From NCBI RefSeq assembly GCF_964355755.1, contig NC_092675.1, positions 7,125,812 through 7,189,811 of the forward strand: DNA of 64,000 nt, given 5' to 3'. Origin of the DNA: Antedon mediterranea (lineage: Eukaryota; Animalia; Echinodermata). Positions within the stretch are counted from its first letter, which is position 1. Each line of letters begins with the position of its first letter. Positions 54,401 to 64,000 of this stretch are shown here, piece after piece. Both the position numbers and the translations under genes were made by a program. The notes beneath the pieces are model-generated. The model had not been told where the DNA came from and did no database searches. It worked only from the letters and a program-made list of their open reading frames with translations.

Positions 54401-57400
54401 ATTTGTTGATAAAGACTCATCTGAAGGTCTATAAGACACTGTGTAAGACACTATGCCAGTGGAACACTTTGCCTCATCAATCTAAGAAATAAACAAAATA
54501 CAAAGCTCTAGTTTATGCAACGAATTAAAATCTTTCAATTAAGCCTTATTAGTCAATACAGTTTAGGTCGTGTGAAATACTGATATATATTTGCAACATG
54601 ACATGGACAGTGTATTATTGTTGTCATTCAAAGTTAAAACATTCAGCTCATATAGATAAATGAATACTTGAAAAGTCAGTCAGTATATTTATGGATGTTA
54701 ATTAACATTAACATATTATTCTTTTTCCTTGTATAGATACATACTGTTAGAGGTTTCCATGACATTTCAATTTGTTTTGGCTTCTCGAGACTGCGAATTG
54801 TACTGACATCTGGTGGTGATGGTTCTAAAATAATATAATACAAAACCATGTAAATAAAGCAATAAAAACACAACATAAATTTCAATTACTAAATATCAAT
54901 TCATCAAGAAACAATTATCCACGTTATACTTTGATTTCCAAACGATGGAGTACAGCAATACATTTCATATATATATATAACATTATTTCCAAAAATTGTA
55001 TTGTTATCCCACAATTTGGGATACAAAATCTGGCGAGGTCCTACGTCTATTCAACTTACAACTAAACAAATAAAATAATATAAAAACAATGAATCAAAAT
55101 AATAAATGCCACTTAATTCTGTTGCTCGCAATCGAACGTAAATAAATTAAGTCATTACATTTACTCAACTTATTATTTCAAAATATAAATTTTTTTTTGT
55201 TTACTATTTAAAAAAAACCCGATTTATTTACCTCCACAAAGTGTTCTGGCAGATATACTTTGACTTCCCAGTGAACCTTTGCCTCCTCCACCTTCCCTTA
55301 CAGCTGCTACAACAAAGGAATAACCCTGTTCATAATCTAAACCAGTAACTGTTGCTGAAGGTTGGCTGACTTGTGGTATTTCACTCCAAGTTGAGTCATA
55401 GTAATAATACACAATATATCCTACAATAGGCCCATCACCAGAATCACCTTGTTCTTGATCCCACTCACGCCATGACAATTCCACTGATGAGCCTGTGACT
55501 GATGTCACACTTGGTTCTCCGGTATATGCCGGTAAACCTAGAGAAAAAACATAGTATCACAATCTGTTCACTTTCTTTATATCCTATACTAAATCACTGC
55601 AAAATTGGTGTTGAAATATATTAACCAATCAAATAGCATTATGATTAATGTAATATAAAATAAATCCTTACTAAACAGATCAACTGTATGAGTACGAGAA
55701 GTTGAAATAGTAAATCTATACTCAATTCTTGTGTCTAATTATTAGGCTACTGTGTTGCACACAATTCTCAAATTGTTTAATAGCAACAATAGTGTTGAAA
55801 AGAATAATACCTGGCATGTGATATAAAACCATCCAGTAAAATGATACATTTAAATGTGTTATTATAATCAATGAAAAGTTTAAAAAAATCCTTACTAAAC
55901 AGATCAACTGTATGGGCACGAGGTTTAATGAAAAAATCCTTTGAAATACTAAATATGTACACAATTCCTGTGTTTGCTACTGTTGAAAATGAAACCGTGG
56001 TGTTTGTTGTAGATTGTACACGTTCAGTTTCAGCAACTGATTCAGAATCAGCTTGAAGAGTAATATTCACATCTGTGATATCCCCCAAAACAGTACATTG
56101 AAAAGTTGTTGTTTGTCCAGGATTTACTTTAACATTGCTTGTTGAAACGATTCCTAAAAAAAAAAGTTTAGAAAAATAAAGCATGGTGAGGATGACATAA
56201 ACAATTTTACCTTATAATACTTTTGCAGAAAGCTAAACATAATCTTTAAAACATAAATAAATAAGCACTTGGTCTTACAAGCACATTGCACTAAGAAATC
56301 AGTGCAGTATTAAAAAAACATTTAACCTGTCTGTTTTTGCTCAATTTAATTTCAGTAGCCTACCGCTATAATAATTACAACAGAAGGTTTTGTTCAGATT
56401 AAAAGACGTTATATAATGTTGTGAAGAGTACAATTCATCATCACTTACCTGTAGTACAGGAGTTTGGCAACCAGTATTCAATGCATCCACCATCACATCC
56501 AGTGTCATGATGACAAGAATTTGAATCACAGTTGCAAGTCAATTCACACATGTTGCCATATGTTCCTGATTCACATTCTTATTAATAAAAAATAAATACA
56601 ATAAAGAGGCTGTTTAATCTGTTCTTTGCCTGTTGTGTTGTGTTTATATATTATATATATATATAACAATAATTCTAAACCGCGCGGTGATATACTGAAA
56701 TTTAATTAATTAATTTGAAACTATAAAGATGAGGAAATCTGTAAGAATGAGAAAAAGTCGCCCCAACCGAGACTCGAACTCGGACCGTCTGCTTGATATG
56801 CAGTTGTCCTAACAATTAGACCACTGGGGCTTTCATGGTATTGTTCAAACTCGATTGTATATATAAATCCAAAGGCAAATCACTGAAAAAATGACAATGC
56901 TGTGGGTATCAGTGGCTGGATCTCAATGGAGATACAAAAAAAAGCGAAAAGCTAAATCAAAACCATAAAGTAAAACAGCCAGAAACGTTAGCAGAGCTTT
57001 CAGGCAAATGAATTATTTGAAATTCAATACTTACCTACATTATTTATGTACCTAAATAATTTATATTATTGTAATAGTGTAGAAAAGAAATGAAAAATAA
57101 ATGTTTACGTTGAAATTGATTGAAATAGTAAAGTACATGTAACAATACTCTACTACGACGTTTTTATTTTTGTAACTAATAACAGTACCTACACTCACAG
57201 TAAGAAAATTATGCTTCAAACGGCGACCAACAATATCTGATAGGGCCCATACATTAAGCACTTGTCTTAACCAAGTATTTATACTCGGAGACTGGGAGAT
57301 TGGAATGTTTCATTCCTCACAAATCAATACGTTTGTATCAAAATACTGTACTCGAGCAGTTCAACCGATTTTTAACTATCAAAAACAATTATCGTAGGAG

Positions 57401-60400
57401 GAGATCCTCTTATTATTGTGTGCGGGTATTTTTCAAGATGGACATCCATTAGACAGCGTACACCACGATCGGAAAACACCCCTATTTGGGGCAAATCGTT
57501 GAAACTAAATTCGTATTAATTGTCAATAACTAATTATCTAACTCAATTCAATTAGTAAATAGGGTTACATCAAGTGGTTAAAATCAGTACCGAAAGTACG
57601 AACCAACTTTCCGAAAGAGTCACATATAAAAAAGCCATACTGGTTTTTAAATGTCTCAACAATTTGGCACCCCCAGGCATGACAAACCTATTCACTCCAT
57701 TACCTCAAACTCGTGAAACGAGGCAGTCAACAACTATGAAGTTGAAGGTCCCTTTTGCGAAAAAGGAAAGTTACCTCACGAGTTTTTGTGTAAGTGGGGC
57801 AAATATATGGAACAATTTGCATATCGACTTGAGAACCGAGACGTCTGTAAATGTTTTTAAATCTAATTTGTATGATTCAATGCATTAAGTACAATAAAGA
57901 CCTTACTGTGTTCAAAACGAGAGGAGCTACGTTGCCCTCAAATTGTAATTGTATCCGAAGTTATTGTTGTATATTTATTGATTTTTTAATATATTTTTTT
58001 TTTCCATATTTTTATTGTAATACAAACATTATTAACTGTGTGCTATTGCTTTTGTACGTAAAATGCAGGGCCCCAATGGAAACCAGTTCTTAACTGTTTG
58101 GGTACGCTGGGTAAATAAATGTAAATAATAATAATAATATACCATCGAGTAAACATTCTAGAAGTTAGGCGCGACTTACCAAATTTTGCCCTTACGTAAA
58201 TTATAAAGTTAAATATGGCGCAAAATGCAGGGCATCTCTAAGCGCTGAACACTCAAGAGAAAATGAGAAAATGGAAAAAGCTCAAAAAATTAAATGTTTG
58301 ATGAAAAGGCAAAAATGTGTGGAGTTGTTGAAATGTGTGAGGTTGAGTTTTGAAGGGCGTTCCAAAGAACAGGAGCTGACCACAAAAAGGCGCGTTGTTC
58401 ATAATATTTTGTTGAAGGCCGTGAAGTTATAGGCCTGAGTAAAACCTCTGACGACATCAATGAATAAGCAGTTTATTTTTACAGTAATAATAAATACAGT
58501 GAAAAATAAAGTCACAGGTCCATGATGTTTTTGCTAGTACACAATTACTGTAATTACTTACTTATGTTTACTTAGGTGATATACTGGACGCAGGACTAAA
58601 GTCCTCTATATCCAGATCCAATTAGTCCAATTCTGGTATTTTGAATCCTTAACTTGTGATCGTATATTACTGGTTGATTCCGCCAGAATTTGTCCAGACT
58701 ATTTTTAGAACTGTTTAGTGAGGTTGCTGTCAGAACATGTTCAGGTAGTGTATTCCAATTATCGGTTATACGCTTACTAAAGGAAATTTTTCTTTTATCC
58801 AAATGGGAAACTCTCTTAGCTAGCTTAGCTATTAGATACATTTAGTTTTAGGAAATCAGATACTGATTTATCATAATAGCCATTTAGAATTTTGAAAGTT
58901 TCAATCATGTCATTACGACATCTTCTACAGACCAAAGTAGGCAGTTTTAAAGCTCTTAATCTTTCTGCATAATTATATCCCCTTAAAGTTAGGGATAAAA
59001 CGTGTAGCTCTACGTTGAACACTTTCTAGAAGATATATATGTTTCTCTACATTCAGTCCATTAATAAGTTACTTACTACTTTAGGCCTATGTGGAAAAAT
59101 ACATTTCTCCATGGTTTTAATTATGTACAGTATCTTTCAGAGCATTACTGCAGTTACTTTCCTTCACATTACTATCCGTTACCACGGAGAACTTATTTCT
59201 CCATGATGTTAATATACATATACAGCAGTAACTTTCAGCGCATTACTGTCGTTACTTACCTTCACAGTATGCGTTGCTATATGTATGGTATCCTTCAGCG
59301 CATTCTCCATTACTACAAGTACCATCCGCCTTATCACAGGCAACATTGTCCTTACAATGGCAAATGGAAGTACAGTCACCACCAAAGTAACCAACTGGAC
59401 AGACTTCAGGAACTGTAAACAGAAAGAAACTAGATCTTAACATTCCTAGATTAGTAACATCTGGTAATAATAGTATGATTTTTAGAAAAACAAAACTATA
59501 TCTGAAAAATAATAAAGATCAGTTATGCCTGAAAAAAATATTAACATGTAATTAGAATTGTGTAACTAAAGAAATATCTTGCTGTGTTGCGACACCAGTA
59601 TTGTGGTAAATGTCCTTGTTATACATCATCCAGTATTTTGGCAAAGAGATGTTGTGTACATAACACTGACAGATAGTGTAAATTCTTTTATACAGTGCAT
59701 CTTTAAATGTAAAGATGAGGAGAGTCTTACACTCTAATCTACCGTTACATATTGTTTCAATTTTAGTCTCAATTTACTATACTGTACCTTGACAATTAGT
59801 TCCAGACCATCCAGCAGCACATCCAGCTGATGTACACACTCCAGTATACTGGTTACATCCTCCAGGGTTGCAGTGACATTCTTGACTACAACCTGCTCCA
59901 AACTTTCCAAATGAACAGTCTAAAAGTTAATTTGATTGCAATTTATTTAATATTCAATTTGTCATGCAACATTAAAATTATTCATTTACCTTTCAATGAC
60001 TCAACTTTCTTTTGCAAAAATTTTTTATGAGAAAAAATAAATGACTATGAGAATGATGATGATTACATGATGATTTATCCTAATGCAAGGGACAGGTCGT
60101 TTGCCCTTTGTAAGTTTAAAAACTGCTGTTTCACAACGCTATACTGTAAGACCAAATATATATTACAATGTAATGTAAGCTTCCAAAAGTCTACTCATAA
60201 GCTGTAATCATTTAAATACGTATTTAAATTTAAAAAACTTATTATTTTCAATATTTCCTTTTTCAAATCTGTGATATATACGGTAATAGGTTCATCATTT
60301 TGTATTCTAAAACTTTTTTTTTCGTAGGTATTGCCCACCTTTATTGATTTCATTTTCATAAATAATTTACACACATAATTTAAAATACAGTATAAGAACT

Positions 60401-61001
60401 ATAAGTTTTGTATTGTTTTCTTAAAATTAAAGATTATATACATAAATCTTATTTTGGAGGGGTGAGTGTTATCTTAATAAAATGCAGTATTAAAGTACCT
60501 GTTAAGCATTCCAGACCAGTATAACCAGCTAAACATTCACATCCGTATGGATTGGAAAGGCAGATTTGTGTACTTTTGCATTGGGCTTCAATATCGGTCT
60601 TGAATGAACACTGAAGTTCACAATTAAGTCCAAAACGATTACCACCGCATGCTGAAAAACAAACAAAATTAATGTTAAGATCAACATTTTGTTTCTACTT
60701 TTATATGCGGCTTAGACCACATACAACCTGTTGTTAAATGAGATGTTGAACAATATCTATAAACAATGATTTAATTGAATCAAAATATATTAACTTTTGT
60801 AAACCATAACAGTTAGGCATAAAAGAGTGCATAAAACGTAACAATTATTGTAGTTTCTGTACTTACTAGTCATACAGTTGTCTCCCATAAAACCTGGAGG
60901 ACAAATACATCTACCATTCTTATCATCACACACACCACCATTGTAACAGTTATTACAAATACCTGTACATCGAGGAGGACCCCAACGACCTGATGCGCAT
61001 T
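45441..61001 (-). CDS. Receptor-type protein tyrosine phosphatase-like protein (EGF repeats - Ig-like - FN3 - TM - PTP D1 - PTP D2), 5'-partial
   Basis: EGF exons at 61001-60867 and about 60651-60500, 59918-59789, 59412-59260, 56576-56448. Ig-like exon about 56153-55895. FN3 exons about 55537-53080. TM exon 52912-52813 ([24 protein letters not shown]). D1 motifs: [40 protein letters not shown]2 motifs: [33 protein letters not shown]. Last exon 45527-45441. No N-terminal exon identified in the window. Confidence 0.9.
46213..46535. repeat. About 160-bp tandem duplication covering the donor end of a PTP D2 exon
   Basis: 46213-46374 is nearly identical to 46374-46535, including tacctgcaat(a/g)aacagcta. 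Confidence 0.8.
47605..47773. mobile_element. PIF/Harbinger-type MITE in a PTP intron
   Basis: TIRs aggccaatttacacagacgag / ctcgtctgtgtaaattggcct with a TTA target-site duplication, about 27 nt from the acceptor at 47578. Confidence 0.8.
56759..56830 (-). pseudogene. tRNA-like element (tRNA pseudogene or SINE head)
   Basis: Folds as a cloverleaf: GCCCCAG/TTGGGGC acceptor stem, A-box-like TGGTCTAATTG, CTGC-atatcaa-GCAG anticodon arm, perfect CCGAG-TTCGAGT-CTCGG T arm, then TTTTT. The anticodon loop and D loop are non-canonical. Confidence 0.55.
57600..58138 (+). mobile_element. 3' end of an L2/CR1-group LINE
   Basis: [11 protein letters not shown]...[13 protein letters not shown]...FKSNL resembles the ORF2 C-terminus; followed by a 3' UTR ending in aataaa and (taa)n. 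Confidence 0.75.
58596..59022 (-). mobile_element. Frameshifted 3' fragment of a CR1-type LINE
   Basis: [25 protein letters not shown] and FS.RI...WN.LP..V..A.SLN..KN.LDK.W in two frames. Confidence 0.8.
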
Positions 61002-61048
61002 CTATGTAATGATATAGAGGTACTTGAACATGAATTCTGTATTCATTA

Positions 61049-61572
61049 TTATACAAATAATGAATGAGTGTAATGGTACAAATAATGGCATGAGGTGAAT
61101 AATGAAAGGTTATATATTTGATTTTTGACCATTGTTTGTACCATTACACGAATATAAAACATTCATTATTTGTTTTATATAACATCTAAATAGATTACTG
61201 TCATTTGAATCAAATAAAAGGTAGGCCTAGCCAATGCCTACATTTGATTCACATTGATTAAAACTGTAACATTTTGTTTTTTAAATTATATTTGATATAT
61301 TATTGATATGGATTTCATAAATGCACCTACTGTTAGTGTTAATTATGCCAACAAACGACCAAACAAACCTAGGCCTAGCAAGGCTAAAACCCCTAGTTCT
61401 AGCCTAATACTAACAGGCCTAGGCCTACTACCTAGGCTGAAAGACAGCAAAACCAAACTTCGACAGGCAACTAAAAATCATCTATGCTAATTATGCTTTT
61501 TCCAACGATTCCACGTCTTTTAGAAATGTTCCCATTAATTAATCAAAATCGATCTTTAAATGCCTTTTTGAT
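61049..61572. mobile_element. Truncated copy of the 42683-43896 hairpin element
   Basis: Shares ttatacaaataatgaatg...aatggtacaaataatggca, the ggcctagc-rich block and aattaatcaaaatc; part of the hairpin is deleted. Confidence 0.75.
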
Positions 61573-62744
61573 CTAAATTAGTAGATATATAAAAATATTT
61601 ATTATATTGTTTGGTAAATTATGTAGGCCTCGGCCTACTCTTTTTTTTTTGCATTTTCTGAATATAGAATATTTGTATTACAGTTATTGTTTATTATTGT
61701 TTGCTGGTTGCTTGTTATTTAAAAATATAAATTTATAAGATTAGCTATTTTAATATATCATTAATGTCCAACTAGAACTTTAAAAAGATTTATGAGTAAA
61801 ACATGACCCATTAGGCGCAGGAGCCCCGGATAGCGTTACGAAGTCGTTAACTCTGTCAGCCCATGGTCAACCCAACTAATGTGTTTTTCCCAAGGACAAC
61901 TTATCAATAACTAAACTTTGTCACCACCCATAAGTGTGCTGTTCATTTCCTATTGACCAATGAACACCAATGTAACTGGACCTGAGTTTCTTGCTATTCG
62001 ACCTTGGGTGCAAATTATACAATTAATTGATGTTAAGGCCACTGACTACTCTTTTCTGTATAGAAACACTGAATTGACTGAATAATAAGAAAACCCTACA
62101 ATAATTTCTACTACTACTTGATATGGTGTTATACAAGAACTATATTAAAAGAATTGAATGTATGGAGAATGAAAAGTTATACGTTATAACTTATGTAAAA
62201 CATCACTTAGATGATATCTATCAGATATATCATTTTCTAAAAATTGTTTCATTAGTTAGAATAGATCACGGAAAACCAATACCAATACTGATCTGGACTC
62301 GGAAATTCAAAATGTAGCAGGCAACGTTTCACCAATGAAAACTTTCAAGACAAACAAAGTATCATAATTATCATGATATTCATTTTTATTTAATAACGAT
62401 AAATGGATATAAATATTTCGTCTTTTTTGTTATTTTGTGATGGAAAATATATTGAGTGAACATTGGCACTGAGCTTAAATGTTCCCCGTCAAATTATGAT
62501 GTCCATCTTATCTCAATTTTAATGTCCTACACCCGATAATAGAATACACATCTAGCTCGTGTGTACTTAAAGAACCTAGTACATCTTTCGAGACGCGTGG
62601 AGGGTTACCCCGGTGTATTAGTACATCACAGCCACTGATCACCAACTGGGCCCTCTGGGAGATCTGTCTTTGACTGAAGAGGTTACCCAGTATAAATATA
62701 TATTTCAGTTCAATTCAATAGAATAACTGTACAGTAGGCTCCCA

Positions 62745-63270
62745 TTTGATGCAATGTGTTACCCAATGTGCTCAATTTGATTGTGCTACCCAAATCCATG
62801 CTATCCATTTGAAATAATTTGCTATCCATTTGAAAGAATGTGCTACCCGATAATCAGTATAGAATAATGTACAGTACAATTATATCCATTTGATTGTGCT
62901 ACCTAATGTGCCATCCATTTGAAAGAATGTGCTATCCATTTGAAAGAATGTGCTACCCGATAATCCGTATAAAATAATGTACAGTACTATATCCATTTGA
63001 TTGTGCTACCTAATGTGCTATCCATTTGAAAGAATGTGCTACCCGATAATCCTTATAGAATAATGTACAGTACTATATCCATTTGGCTGTGCTACCTAAT
63101 GTGCTATCCATTTGAAAGAATGTGCTATCCATTTGAAAGAATGTGCTATCCATTTGAAAGAATGTGCTACCCGATAATCCGTATAGAATGCACAGTACAG
63201 TTATATCATAGTTATATCCATTTGATTGAACTATCTATTGTGCTATCCGTTTGAACTAATGTGCTGTCTG
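62745..63270. repeat. Minisatellite with a 21-bp core (tgctatccatttgaaagaatg) and higher-order units
   Basis: Directly visible tandem array; produces the spurious MCYPFER repeat ORF. Confidence 0.85.
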
Positions 63271-64000
63271 TTTGAAATAATTCAGGTTTTTTTTTTTTAA
63301 TATGTTTTGCTATCCATTTTAAACGTGCTAAACAAGTTACATATTTGTTGATATAAATTTGCGGTACACCACGTAGGCCTATATTAGTTCTGAAAAGAAC
63401 TGTTGAGTTGCTTGACGTTTCAATTTAGGCCTACTCCAAAGTCAAAGTCTCCAAAGCTATTCCATCATGTCGTATTCGGGGAATCGCCCACAAGTGTTTT
63501 CTCAGAGAAAGGTATGTTCTGTATGGGGTTCTGTATGCTATTTGTTAATAATGTACAAAAAATGAAATGAAAAATCATATTAATTATCGGTATGTACGGA
63601 GGAAGCTCGAACAAGACGAAGCGCGAAACAAATAAAAGCGCAGCACGAAACATCTGAAATGATATACAATTTCTCAAAACATGAAAACACAGAATATATT
63701 ATATTAATATAACTTTTTAATATTTCCAAAGGCTCGGACAAGGAAGAATGGCCTTAAAAAACTGAATTGCTATATGTTAGACCACATTTCCATAACTTTT
63801 CAAAACTCATCGAACCCTCTGCTAGTAGGCCTAATTAATATAGGAGCGTATCGCCAAATCATTAGAGAAAAAAAAAACATGGCATGAAGATGTAATTAAT
63901 CAAACAACGGCCAAAGAATATCAACAATTTTAATTTAGGTTTCGATTCGTAATTACTAATGTGGTGGACTAAGCCTAGTTTGAAACTATAGTGACCATTT

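Noticed and set aside
61800-62720. Possible SINE fragments or upstream exons of the PTP gene
   Set aside because: The GC-richer patches look repeat-derived, but I could not define boundaries, family or a coding exon.
63036-63254. ORF with MCYPFER repeats
   Set aside because: Translation of a 21-bp minisatellite.

Overview
AT-rich eukaryotic genomic DNA with GT-AG introns, most likely from an echinoderm (inferred from an NP18/LFWVD-like neuropeptide precursor, a Tie-type EGF receptor PTP and SRCR/FReD immune domains). I assembled five spliced genes by hand, all on the minus strand. The main result is a tandem pair of paralogues (A: 241/342-4157; B: 11523-16671, 9 coding exons, 1040 aa). Each encodes a secreted protein built as: signal peptide; a degenerate deaminase-like domain; an intact AID/APOBEC(SNAD)-like Zn deaminase (HSE-x34-PCKYC); a Cys-flanked furin site (RVRR/RYRR); a Cys-rich domain; SRCR; an acidic linker; and a fibrinogen-related domain (seen in full only in B). 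This reads like an AB-toxin-style fusion of pattern-recognition domains with a nucleic-acid-editing enzyme. The other genes are a 124-aa neuropeptide precursor (KR-VFWVN-KK plus a Cys-rich peptide), an uncharacterised protein of about 554 aa, and the 3' part of an EGF/Ig/FN3 receptor tyrosine phosphatase. Its D1 domain has lost the catalytic Arg and Q-loop Gln, and its juxtamembrane region carries an ITAM-like motif. Intergenic and intronic DNA holds Harbinger-like MITEs, TTAA-flanked TIR elements, hairpin elements inserted in a 27-bp minisatellite, LINE remnants and a tRNA-like element. Gene models come from manual splice-site and phase analysis only; no database searches were run.
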